Source of the DNA: Octopus sinensis
Taxonomy: Eukaryota
NCBI RefSeq assembly: GCF_006345805.1
Contig: NW_021831730.1
Location: forward strand, 1 to 35,772
Length of the DNA stretch: 35,772 bases
Reading direction: 5' to 3'
Part shown: piece after piece, positions 18,315 through 32,717 of the stretch
Layout: each line of letters begins with the position of its first letter
Position numbering within the stretch: the stretch's first letter is position 1
The notes under the pieces: model-generated
What the model was told of the DNA's origin: nothing
What the model saw: the letters and a program-made list of their open reading frames with translations, nothing else
Database searches by the model: none
Translations under genes and position numbers: made by a program

Positions 18315-19640
18315 GTTATTATTTATTTATGTAAAAGTTTATTATATACATATATATATATATGTATGTGTGTATGTACATATATGTGTGTGTGTGTATG
18401 TATATATGTGTGTGTGTGTGTTTCATGTTCGTCTCTGTTGCGTTGCATTCTTTCCTTCTGTGGCTGGCTGATTCGGAGCGGATCTCAGAATTAAACAGCC
18501 GAAATCTGCGATGAGGGATCATTTTCTGCCTGAAGAATGAAGGCTTTGAATGACCCGATTGTCTTTTTGTTCGTCCCTTCGTGTATTTCACGTTATTTAT
18601 TTATGTAAAGGTTTATTATATATTTCGCAGCGTACGTGCATAATAACTCTTATGTTTATCATATCAAAACCCCTGCACGGTCTTTAAATATTTTCTTTCC
18701 TTCGCCATTGCTTCGTTACCAAATTGCTTTGGCGCCTTTTTCTCCCAGCCTCTCTGATTCCTTCTCTCCCTCTCTCTCTTGATCACTGCTTCTTCTCTGA
18801 TTCCTTCTCTCCCTCTCTCTCTCTCGGTCACTGCTTCTGTCCTCGCCTTCTACCCTCCTTGGTCCCCTCTCTTTCTTAGCCCCTCCTCTCTCATAACCTC
18901 TTGCGACTTGCTGCCTCAGCCTTTCTCTTTTCATCGGCCACATGTTCAACATGTGTGTTACCACCGAAAAGGTAATTATTTTTCCACGCTTGCTGATATT
19001 GTTTTTGTGTCACTCTTTTTGTGTTAAAGCCATAGGGCGCCTGTGACATCCATGTTTTTAACCTTTACTATCTCCAAAAAAGATTTTTCGTTTCATGTTC
19101 GTCTCTGTTGCGTTGCATTCTTTCCTTCTGTGGCTGGCTGATTCGGAGCGGATCTCAGAATTGAACGGCCGAAATCTGCGATGAGGGATCAGTTTCTGAC
19201 TGAAGAATGAAGGCTTTGAATGACCCGTTTGTCTTTTTGTTCGTCCATTCTTGTATTTCGCGTTATTTATTTATATGTATATATATATGTGTGTGTCATT
19301 GTATGTATATATATATATATATATGTGTGTGTGTATGTATATATGTATGTGTGTGTATGTATATGTGTATGTGTGTGTATCTATATATATATGTGTGTGT
19401 GTATGTATATATATGTGTGTTTGTGTATGTATATATATATGTGTGTGTGTGTGTAAGTATATATATGTGTGTTTGTGTGTGTGTGTATGTATATATATGT
19501 GTGTGTCTGTATGTATATATATGTGTGTGTGTGCATGTATATATATGTGTGTGTGTATGTGTATATATGTGTGTGTGTATGTATATATATATATGTTATT
19601 ATTTATTTATCTAAAGGTTTATTATATGCATATATATATA

Positions 19641-19673
<33 letters not shown>

Positions 19674-21406
19674 GTTATTATTTATTTATCCAAACCTTAT
19701 TATATGCATATATATATATGTATGTGTGTATGTATATATATATGTGTGTGTATGTATATATATATATGTTATTATTTATTTATCTACAGGTTTTATATTA
19801 CATATATATATATATGTATGTGTGTGTATATATATGTGTGTGTGTATGTATATATATGTGTGTGTGGTGCATGTATATATATGTGTGGTGTAGTATATAT
19901 ATATATATATATGTTATTATTTATTTATGCAAAGACTTTTATATACATATATATATATATGTGTGTGTGTATGTATTTATATATATATATATATGTTATT
20001 ATTTATTTATCTAAAGGTTTATTATATACATATATATATATGTATGTGTGTATGTATATATATGTGTGTGTGTATGTATATATATATATTATATATAATG
20101 TTATTATTTATTTATGTAAATGTTAGTATATACATATATATATAATGTATGTGTGTATGTATATATATGTGTGTGTGGGGTAGTATATATACGTGTGTGT
20201 GTGTGTTTTCATGTCGTCTCTGTTGCGTGCATTCTTTCCTTCTGTGGCTGGCTGATTCGGAGCGGATCTCAGAATTAAACAGCCGAAATCTGCGATGAGG
20301 GATCATTTTCTGCCTGAAGAATGAAGGCTTTGAATGACCCGATTGTCTTTTTGTTCGTCCCTTCGTGTATTTTCGTTATTTATTATGTAAAAAGGTTATT
20401 ATATATTTCGCAGCGTACGTGCATAATAACTTCTTATGTTTATCATATCAAAACCTGCACGATGTCTTTAAACTATTTTCTTTCCTTCGCCATTGCTTCG
20501 TACCAAATTGCTTTGGCGCCTTTTTCTCCCAGCCTCTCTGATTCCTTCTCTCCCTCTCTCTTGATCACTGCTTCTTCTTGATTCCTTCTCTCCCTCTCTC
20601 TCTCTCGGTCACTGCTTCTGTCCTCGCCTTCTACCCTCCTTGGTCCCCTCTCTTTCTTAGCCCCTCCTCTCTCATAACCTCTTGCGACTTGCTGCCTCAG
20701 CCTTTCTCTTTTCATCGGCCACATGTTCAACATGTGTGTTACCACCGAAAAGGTAATTATTTTTCCACGCTTGCTGATATGTTTTTGTGTCACTCTTTTT
20801 GTGTTAAAGCCATAGGGCGCCTGTGACATCCATGTTTTTAACCTTTACTATCTCCAAAAAAGATTTTTCGTTCATGTTAGTCTCTGTTGCGTTGCATTCT
20901 TCCTTCTGTGGCTGGCTGATTCGGAGCGGATCTCAGAATTGAACGGCCGAAATCTGCGATGAGGGATCAGTTTCTGACTGAAGAATGAAGGCTTTGAATG
21001 ACCCGTTTGTCTTTTTGTTCGTCCATTCTTGTATTTCGCGTTATTTATTTATATGTATATATATAGGTGTGTCATTGTATGTATATATATATATATATGT
21101 GTGTGTGTATGTATATATGTATGTGTGTGTATGTATATGTGTATGTGTGTGTATCTATATATATATGTGGTGTGTATGTATATATATGTGTGTTGTGTAT
21201 GTATATATATATGTGTGTGTGTGTGTAAGTATATATGTGTGTGTTTGTGTGTGTGGTGTATGTATATATGTGTGTGTCTGTATGTATATATAGTTGTGTG
21301 GTTGCATGTATATATATGTGTGGTGTATGTGTATATATGTGTGTGTGTATGTATAATATATATGTTAATTTATTTATCTAAAGGTTTATTATATGCTATA
21401 TATATA

Positions 21407-21443
<37 letters not shown>

Positions 21444-23231
21444 GTTATTATTTATTTATCAAACCTTAGTATATGCATATATATATATGATGTGTGTATG
21501 TATATATATATGTGTGTGTATGTATATATATATATGTTATTATTTATTTATCTACAGGTTTATTATATACATATATATATATGTATGTGTGTATGTATAT
21601 ATATGTGTGTGTGTATGTATATATATGTGTGTGTGTGCATGTATATATATGTGTGTGTGTATGTATATATATATATATATTGTTATTATTTATTTATGCA
21701 AAGACTTATTATATACATATATATATATGTGTGTGTGTATGTATATATATATATATATGTTATTATTTATTTATCTAAAGGTTTATTATATACATATATA
21801 TATATGTATGTGTGTATGTATATATATGTGTGTGTGTATGTATATATATATATATATATATGTTATTATTTATTTATGTAAATGTTTATTATATACATAT
21901 ATATATATATGTATGTGTGTATGTATATATATGTGTGTGTGTGTATGTATATATACGTGTGTGTGTGTGTTTCATGTTCGTCTCTGTTGCGTTGCATTCT
22001 TTCCTTCTGTGGCTGGCTGATTCGGATCGGATCTCAGAATTAAACAGCCGAAATCTGCGATGAGGGATCAGTTTCTGACTGAAGAATGAAGGCTTTGAAT
22101 GACCCGTTTGTCTTTTTGTTCGTCCCTTCGTGTATTTCACGTTATTTATTTATGTAAAGGTTTATTATATATTTCGCAGCGTACGTGCATAATAACTTCT
22201 TTATGTTTATCATATCAAAACCCCTGCACGATGTCTTTAAACTATTTTCTTTCCTTCGCCATTGCTTCGTTGCCAAATTGTTTTGGAGCCTTTTTCTCCC
22301 AGCCTCTCTGATTCCTTCTCTCCCTCTCTGTCTTGATCACTGCTTCTTCTCTGATTCCTTCTCTCCCTCTCTCTCCCTCTCGGTCACTGCTTCTGTCCTC
22401 GACTTCTACCCTCCTTGGTCCCCTCTCTCTCTTAGCCCCTCCTCTCTCTTACCCTCTTGCGACTTGCTGCCTCAGCCTTTCTCTTTCCATCGGCCACTTG
22501 TTCAACATGTGTCTTACCACCGAAAAGGTTATTATTTTTCCACGCTTGCTGATATTGTTTTTGTGTCTCTCTTTTTGTGTTAAAGCCATAGGGCGCCTGT
22601 GTCATCCATGTTTTTAACCGTTACTATCTCTAAGAAAGATTTTTCGTTTCATGTTCGTCTCTGTTGCGTTGCATTCTTTCCTTCTGTGGCTGGCTGATTC
22701 GGAGCGGATCTCAGAATTGAACGGCCGAAATCTGCGATGAGGGATCAGTTTCTGACAGAAGAATGAAGGCTTTGAATGACCCGTTTGTCTTTTTGTTCGT
22801 CCCTTCGTGTATTTCACGTTATTTATTTATATGTATATATATATGTGTGTATGTATATATATATGTGTGTGTGTATGTATATATATATATGTGTGTGTGT
22901 ATGTATATATGTATGTGTGGGTATGTATATGTGTATGTGTGTGTGTATGTATATATATATATGTGTGTGTGTATGTATATTTATGTGTGTTTGTGTGTGT
23001 ATGTATATATATATGTGTGTGTGTGTGTAAGTATATATATGTGTGTTTGTGTGTGTGTGTATGTATATATATGTGTGTGTCTGTATGTATATATATGTGT
23101 GTGTGCATGTATATATATGTCTGTGTGTATGCGTATATATGTGTGTGTATGTATATATATATATATATGTTATTATTATTTATCTAAAGGTTTATTATAT
23201 GCATATATATATGTGTGTGTATATATATATA

Positions 23232-23263
<32 letters not shown>

Positions 23264-23347
23264 GTTATTATTTATTTATCCAAAGCTTATTATATGCATA
23301 TATATATGTATGTGTGTATGTAAATATATGTGTGGTGTATGTATATA

Positions 23348-23385
<38 letters not shown>

Positions 23386-23755
23386 ATTATTATTTATCTA
23401 AAGGTTTATTATATACATATATATATATGTATGTGTGTATGTATATATATGTGTGTGGTGTATGTATATATATGTGTGTGTGTGCATTGTATATATATGT
23501 GTTGTGTATGGTATATATATATATATATGTTATTATTTATTTATGCAAAGACTTATTATATACATATATATATATGTGTGTGTGTATATATGTATATATA
23601 TATATGTTATTATTTATTTATCCAAAGCTTATTATATGCATATATATATATATGTGTATGTGTGTATGTTTATATATGTGTGTGTGTATGTATATATATA
23701 TATATATTTTATTATTTATTTCTCTAAAGGTTTATTATATGCATATATATATATA

Positions 23756-23794
<39 letters not shown>

Positions 23795-26700
23795 GTTATT
23801 ATTTATTTATCCAAAGCTTATTATATGCATATATATATATATGTATGTGTGTATGTATATATATGTGTGTGTGTATGTATATATATGTGTGTGTGTGCAT
23901 GTATATATATGTGTGTGTGTATGTATATATACATATTTATGTTATTTTTTATTTATCTAAAGGTTTATTATATACATATATATATATATGTATGTGTGTA
24001 TGTATATATATGTGTGTGTGTATGTATATATATATATATATATATGTTATTATTTATTTATGTAAAAGTTTATTATATACATATATATATATATATGTAT
24101 GTGTGTATGTATATATATGTGTGTGTGTGTATGTATATATATGTGTGTGTGTGTTTCATGTTCGTCTCTGTTGCGTTACATTCTTTCATTCTGTGGCTGG
24201 CTGATTCGGAGCGGATCTCAGAATTAAACAGCCGAAATCTGCGATGAGGGATCAGTTTCTGACTGAAGAATGAAGGCTTTGAATGACCCGTTTGTCTTTT
24301 TTTCGTCCCTTCGTGTATTTCACGTTATTTATTTATGTAAAGGTTTATTATATATTTCGCAGCGTACGTGCATAATAACTTCTTTATGTTATCATATCAC
24401 AAACCCCTGCACGATGTCTTTAACTATTTTTTTCCTTCGCCATTGCTTCGTTGCCAAATTGTTTTGGCGCCTTTTTCTCCCAGCCTCTCTGATTCCTTCT
24501 CTCCCTCTCTCTCTTGATCACTGCTTCTTCTCTGATTCCTTCTCTCCCTCTCTCTCTCTCGGTCACTGCTTCTGTCCTCGCCTTCTACCCTCCTTGGTCC
24601 CCTCTCTCTCTTAGCCCCTCCTCTCTCTTACCCTCTTGCGACTTGCTGCCTCAGCCATTCTCTTTCCATCGGCCACTTGTTCAACATGTGTCTTATCACC
24701 GAAAAGGTAATTATTTTTCCACGCTTGCTGATATTGTTTTTGTGTCTCTCTTTTTGTGTTAAATCCATAGGGCGCCTGTGTCATCCATGTTTTAAACCGT
24801 TACTGTCTCCAAAAAAGATTTTTCGTTTCATGTTCGTCTCTGTTGCGTTGCATTCTTTCCTTCTGTGGCTGGCTGATTCGGAGCGGATCTCAGAATTGAA
24901 CGGCAGAAATCTGCGACGAGGGATCAGTTTCTGACTGAAGAATGAAGGATTTGAATGACACGTTTATCTTTTTGTTCGTCCCTTCGTGTATTTCACGTTA
25001 TTTATTTATATGTATATATATATGTGTGTACGTATATATATATCTGTGTGTCATTGTATATATATATATATGTGTGTGTCTATGTATATATGTATGTGTG
25101 TGTATGTATATGTGTATCTGTGTGTGTATGTATATATATATATGTGTGTGTGTATGTTTATATATGTGTGTTTGTGTATGTTATATATATATGTGTGTGT
25201 GTGTAAGTAATATATATGTTTGTTGTGTGTGTGTTTGTGGTAGTATTAAGTAATTATGTGTGTGTCTGTATGTATATATATGTGTGTGTGTGCATGTATA
25301 TATATGTGCGTGTGTATGTATATAATGTGTGTGTGTATGTATATATATATATATATGTTATTATTTATTTATCTAAAGGTTTATTATATGCATATATATA
25401 TATGTGTGTGTGTGTATATATGTATATATATATATATGTTATTATTTATTCATCCAAAGCTTATTATATGCATATATATATATATGTGTATGTGTGTATG
25501 TTTATATATGTGTGTGTGTATGTATATATATATATGTTATTATTTATTTATCTCAAGTTTTATTATATACATATATATATATGTATGTGTGTATGTATAT
25601 ATACGTGTGTGTGTATGTATATATATGTGTGTGTGTGTGTGCATGTATATATATGTGTGTGTGTATGTATATATATATATATATGTTATTATTTATTTAT
25701 GCAAAGACTTAATATATACATATATATATATGTTTGTGTGTATGTATATATATATATATAAAGATATATGTTATTATTTATTTATCTAAAGGTTTATTAT
25801 ATACATATATATATATATGTATGTGTGTATGTATATATATATGTGTGTCTGTATGTATATATATATATATGTTATTATTTATTTATGTAAAAGTTTATTA
25901 TATACATATATATATATACGTATGTGTGTATGTATATATATGTGTGTGTGTGTATGTATATATAGGTGTGTGTGTGTTTCATGTTCGTCTCTGTTGCGTT
26001 GCATTCTTTCCTTCTGTGGCTGGCTGATTCGGAGCGGATCTCAGGATTAAACAGCCGAAATCTGCGATGAGGGATCAGTTTCTGACTGAAGAATGAAGGC
26101 TTTGAATGACCCGCTTGTATTTTTGTTCGTCCCTTCGTGTAGTTCACGTTATTTATTTATGTAAAGGTTTATCATATATTTCGCAGCGTACGTGCATAAT
26201 AACTTCTTTATGTTTATCATATCAAATTCCCTGCACGATGTCTTTAAACAATTTTCTTTCCTTCGCCATTGCTTCGTTGCCAAATTGTTTTGGCGCCTTT
26301 TTCTCCCAGCCTCTCTGATTCCTTCTCTCCCTCGCTCTCTTGATCACTGCTTCTTCTCTGATTCCTTCTCTCCCTCTCTCTCTCTCGGTCACTGCTTCTG
26401 TCCTCGACTTCTACCCTCCTTGGTCCCCTCTCTCTCTTAGCCCCTCCTCTCTCTTACCCTCTTGCGACTTGCTGCCTCAGCCATTCTCTTTCCATCGGCC
26501 ATTGGTCAACATGTGTCTTACCACCGAAAAGGTAATTATTTTTCCACGCTTACTGATATTGTTTTTGTGTCTCTCTTTTTGTGTTAAAGCCATAGGACGC
26601 CTGTGTCATCCATGTTTTTAACCGTTACTGTCTCCAAAAAAGATTTTTCGTTTCATGTTCGTCTCTGTTGCGTTGCATTCTTTCCTTCTGTGGCTGCTGA

Positions 26701-29700
26701 TTCGGAGCAGATCTCAGAATTGAACGGCAGGAATCTGCGATGAGGGATGAGTTTCTGACTGAAGAATGAAGGCTTTGAATGACCCGTTTATCTTTTTGTT
26801 CGTCCCTTCGTGTATTTCATGTTATTTATATATGTATATATATATATATATGTGTTGTATGTATATATATATGTGTGTGTGTATGTATATATATTATATG
26901 TGTGTGAGTATGTTATATATGTATGGTTGTGTATGTATATGTGTATGTGTGCGTGTATGTATATATATATGTGTGTGTGTATGTATATATTGTGTGTTTG
27001 TGTGTGTATGTATATATATGTTGTGTGTGTGTGTGTAAGTATATATATGTGTGTTTGTGTGTGTGTATGTATATATATGTGTGTGTCTGTATGTATATAT
27101 ATGTGTGTGTGTGCATGTATATATATGTGTGTGTGTATGTGTATATATGTGTGAGTGTATGTATATGTATATATGTTATTATTTATTTATCTAGAGGTTT
27201 ATTATATGCATATATATATGTGTGTGTGTATGTATATATATATATATATGTTATTATTTATTTATGCAAAGACTTAATATATACATATATATATATGTTT
27301 GTGTGTATGTATATATATATATATATATGTTATTATTTATTTATCTAAAGGTTTATTATATACATATATATATATATGTATGTGTGTATGTATATATATA
27401 TATGTGTGTGTGTATGTATATATATATATATATGTTATTATTTATTTATGTAAAGGTTTATTATATACATATATATATATATGTATGTGTGTATGTATAT
27501 ATATGTGTGTGTGTGTATGTATATATATGTGTGTGTGTGTTTCATGTTCGTCTCTGTTGCGTTGCATTCTTTCCTTCTGTGGCTGGCTGATTCGGAGCGG
27601 ATCTCAGAATTAAACAGCCGAAATCTGCGATGAGGGATCAGTTTCTGACTGAGAATGAAGGCTTTGAATGACCCGTTTGTATTTTTGTTCGTCCCTTCGT
27701 GTAGTTCACGTTATTTATTTATTTATGTAAAGGTTTATCATATATTTCGCAGCGTACGTGCATAATAACTTCTTTATGTTTATCATATCAAAATCCCTGC
27801 ACGATGTCTTTAAACAATTTTCTTTCCTTCGCCATTGCTTCGTTGCCAAATTGTTTTGGCGCCTTTTTCTCCCAGCCTCTCTGATTCCTTCTCTCCCTCT
27901 CTCTCTTGATCACTGCTTCTTCTCTGATTCCTTCTCTCCCTCTCTCTCTCTCGGTCACTGCTTCTGTCCTCGACTTCTACCCTCCTTGGTCCCCTCTCTC
28001 TCTTAGCCCCTCCTCTCTCTTACCCTCTTGCGACTTGCTGCCTCAGCCATTCTCTTTCCATCGGCCATTGGTCAACTTGTGTCTTACCACCGAAAAGGTA
28101 ATTATTTTTCCACGCTTGCTGATATTGTTTTTGTGTCTCTCTTTTTGTGTTAAAGCCATAGGGCGCCTGTGTCATCCATGTTTTTAAACGTTACTGTCTC
28201 CAAAAAAGATTTTTCGTTTCATGTTTTCTCTGTTGCGTTGCATTCTTTCCTTCTGTGGCTGGCTGATTCGGAGCAGATCTCAGAATTGAACGGCCGAAAT
28301 CTGCGATGAGGGATCAGTTTCTGACTGAAGAATGAAGGCTTTGAATGACCCGTTTATCTTTTTGTTCGTCCCTTCGTGTATTTCACGTTATTTATATATA
28401 TGTATATATATATATATATGTGTGTATGTATATATATATGTGTGTGTGTATGTATATATATATATGTGTGTGAGTATGTATATATGTATGTGTGTGTATG
28501 TATATGTGTATGTGTGCGTGTATGATATATTATATGTGTGTGGTGATGTATATATATGTGTGTTTGTGTGTGTATGTATATATATATGTGTGTGTGTGTA
28601 AGTATATATATGTGTGTTTGTGTGTGTGTATGTATATATATGTGTGTGTCTGTATGTATATATATGTGTGTGTGTGCATGTATATATATGTGGTGTGTGT
28701 ATGTGTATATATGTGTGTGAGTGTATGTATATATATATATGTTATTATTTATTATCTAAATGTTTATTATATGCATATATATATGTGTGTGTGTATGTAT
28801 ATATATATATATATGTTATTATTTATTTATGCAAAGACTTAATATATATATATTATTATATGTTTGGTGTATGTATATATATTATATATATGTTATTATT
28901 TATTTATCTAAAGGTTTATTATATAATATATATATATATGTATGTGTGTATGTATATATTCTATATGTGTGTGTGATGTATATTATATATATATGTTATT
29001 ATTTATTTATGTAAAAGTTTATTATTAATACATAATATATATATGTATGTGTGTTATGTATATATATGTGTGTGTGTGTATGTATATATATGTGTGTGTG
29101 GTGTCATGTTCGTTCGTCTCTGTTGCGTTGCATTCTTTCCTTCTGTGGCTGGCTGATTCGGAGCGGATCTCAGAATTAAACAGCCGAAATCTGCGATGAG
29201 GGATCAGTTTCTGACTGAAGAATGAAGGCTTTGAATGACCGTTTGTATTTTGTTCGTCCCTTCGTGTAGTTCACGTTATTTATTTATTTATGTAAAGGTT
29301 TATCATATATTTCGCAGCGTACGTGCATAATAACTTCTTATGTTTATCATATCAAAATCCCTGCACGATGTCTTTAAACAATTTTCTTTCCTTCGCCATT
29401 GCTTCGTTGCCAAATTGTTTTGGCGCCTTTTTCTCCCAGCCTCTCTTGATTCCTTCTCTCCCCTCTTCTCTTGATCACTGCTTCTTCTCTGATTCCTTCT
29501 CTCCCTCTCTCTCTCTCGGTCACTGCTTCTGTCCTCGACTTCTACCCTCCTTGGTCCCCTCTCTCTCTTAGCCCCTCCTCTCTCTTACCCTCTTGCGACT
29601 TGCTGCCTCAGCCATTCTCTTTCCATCGGCCATTGGTCAACTTGTGTCTTACCACCGAAAAGGTATTATTTTTCCACGCTTGCTGATATTGTTTTTGTGT

Positions 29701-30456
29701 CTCTCTTTTTGTGTTAAAGCCATAGGGCGCCTGTGTCATCCATGTTTTTAAACGTTACTGTCTCCAAAAAAGATTTTTCGTTTCATGTTCTTCTCTGTTG
29801 CGTTGCATTCTTTCCTTCTGTGGCTGGCTGATTCGGAGCAGATCTCAGAATTGAACGGCCGAAATCTGCGATGAGGGATCAGTTTCTGACTGAAGAATGA
29901 AGGCTTTGAATGACCCGTTTATCTTTTTGTTCGTCCCTTCGTGTATTTCACGTTATTTATATATATGTATATATATATATATATGTGTGTATGTATATAT
30001 ATATGTGTGTGTGTATGTATATATATATATGTGTGTGAGTATGTATATATGTATGTGTGTGTATGTATATGTGTATGTGTGCGTGTATGTATATATATAT
30101 GTGTGTGTGTATGTATATATATGTGTGTTTGTGTGTGTATGTATATATATATGTGTGTGTGTGTAAGTATATATATGTGTGTTTGTGTGTGTGTATGTAT
30201 ATATATGTGTGTGTCTGTATGTATATATATGTGTGTGTGTGCATGTATATATATGTGTGTGTGTATGTGTATATATGTGTGAGTGTATGTATAATATATA
30301 GTTATTATTTATTTATCTAAATGTTTATTATATGCATTATATTATGGTGTTGTAATATATATATATTATATATATATATGTTATTATTTATTTATCCAAA
30401 GCTTATTATATGCATATATATATATATGTATGTGTGTATGTATATATGTGTGTATG

Positions 30457-30499
<43 letters not shown>

Positions 30500-30705
30500 A
30501 TTATTTATTTATCTAAAGGTTTATTATATACATATATATTATATGTATGTGTGTATGTATATATGTGTGTGTGTATGTATATATGTGTGTGTGCATGTAT
30601 ATATATATGTGTGGTGTATGTGTATATATGTGTCTGTGTATGTATATATATATATATCTGTTATTATTTATTTATCTAAAGGTTTATTATATGCATATAT
30701 ATATA

Positions 30706-30740
<35 letters not shown>

Positions 30741-32459
30741 TCTTATTTATTTATCCATGCTTATTATATGCATATATATATATGTATGTGTGTATGTATA
30801 TATATGTGTGTGTGTATGTATATATATATATATATGTTATTATTTATTTATCTAAAGGTTTATTATATACATATATATATATGTATGTGTGTATGTATAT
30901 ATATGTGTGTGTGTATGTATATATGTGTGTGTGTGCATGTATATATGTGTGTGTGTATGTATATATATATATATATGTTATTATTTATTTATGCAAAGAC
31001 TTATTATATACATATATATATATATGTGGTGGTGTGTATGTTATATATATATATGTTATTATTTATTTATCTAAAGGTTTATTATATAACATATATATAT
31101 ATATATATATGTATGTATATATATGTGTGTGTGTATGTATATATATATATATATAATATATGTTATTATTTATTTATGTAAAAGTTTATTATATACATCT
31201 ATATAATATATGTATGTGTGTATGTATCTATAGTGTGTGTGGGTGTATATAGATATGTGTGTGTGTGTGTTTCATGTTCGTCTCTGTTGCATTGCATTCT
31301 TTCCTTCTGTGGCTGGGATTTCGGAGCGGATCTCAGAATTAAACAGCCGAAATCTGCGATGAGGGATCAGTTTCTGACTGAAGAATGAAGGCTTTGAATG
31401 ACCCGTTTGTCTTTTTGTTCGTCCCTTCGTGTATTTCACGTTATTTATTTATGTAAAGGTTTATTATATATTTCGCAGCGTACGTGCATAATAACTTCTT
31501 TCTATTTATCATATCAAAACCCCTGCACGATGTCTTTAAACTATTTTCTTTCCTTCGCCATTGCTTCGTTGCCAAATTGTTTTGGCGCCTTTTTCTCCCA
31601 GCCTCTCTGATTCCTTCTCTCCCTCTCTCCCTTGATCACTGCTTCTTCTCTGATTCCTTATCTCCCTCTCTCTCTCTCGGTCACTGCTTCTGTCCTCGCC
31701 TTCTACCCTCCTTGGTCCCGTCTCTCTCTTAGCCCCTCCTCTCTCTTACCCACTTGCCACTTGCTGCCTCAGCCATTCTCTTTCCATCGGCCACTTGTTC
31801 AACATGTGTCTTACCACCGAAAAGGTTATTATTTTTCCACGCTTGCTGATATTGTTTTTGTGTCTCTCTTTTTGTGTTAAAGCCATAGGGCGCCTGTGTC
31901 ATCCATGTTTTTAACCGTTACTGTCTCGAAAAAAGATTTTTCGTTTCATGTTCGTCTCTGTTGCGTTGCACTCTTTCCTTCTGTGGCTGGCTGATTCGGA
32001 GCCGATCTCAGAATTGAACGGCCGAAATCTGCGATGAGGGATCAGTTTCTGACTGAAGAATGAAGGCTTTGAATGACCCGTTTAACTTTTTGTTCGTCCC
32101 TTCGTGTATTTCACGTTATTTATTTATATGTATATATATATGTGTGTATGTATATATATATGTGTGTGTGTATGTATATATATATATATGTGTGTGTGTA
32201 TGTATATATGTATGTGTGTGTATGTATATGTTTATTTGTGTGTATGTATATATATATGTGTGTGTATGTATATATATGTGTGTTTGTGTGTGTATGTATA
32301 TATATATGTGTGTGTGTGTGTAAGTATATATATGTGTGTTTGTGTGTGTGTGTATGTATATATATGTGTGTGTCTGTATGTATATATATGTGTGTGTGTG
32401 CATGTATATATATGTGTGTGTGGTGTATATAGATATATATATATATATATATATATTAA

Positions 32460-32586
32460 GGTATGTAGAAAAATACAACATGGACAAGAACGTATAACTC
32501 ATAGAAGACGACACAATAAACATGGACAGGACATTCGAACCCCTCATCTTCAGTCAAGAACGGATCATCGTAGTAATTTCGGCTGA
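32460..32586 (-). mobile_element. Short antisense insertion, a diverged homologue of module X with a tRNA-Phe-like head
   Basis: Unique sequence inside a (TA)n tract; minus strand reads CAGCCGAAATTACTACGATGATCCGTTCTTGACTGAAGATGAGGGGTTCGAATGTCC. Confidence 0.7.
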
Positions 32587-32681
32587 TTAATATATATATA
32601 TGTTTTTTTTATTATTATTATCCAAGCTTATTTATGCATACATATATAATGTATGTGTGTATGTATATATATGTGTGTGTG

Positions 32682-32717
<36 letters not shown>

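Noticed and set aside
24484-24706. Cryptic exon in module Y (TTTTTCTCCCAG acceptor, AAG|GTAATT donor)
   Set aside because: 223 nt of low-complexity sequence, donor mutated in some units, no coding signal; pyrimidine-rich DNA yields such sites by chance.
32456-32590. TTAA at both ends of the insert as a piggyBac/Kolobok TSD
   Set aside because: No terminal inverted repeats; one TTAA is part of the region homologous to module X; the context is AT-rich.
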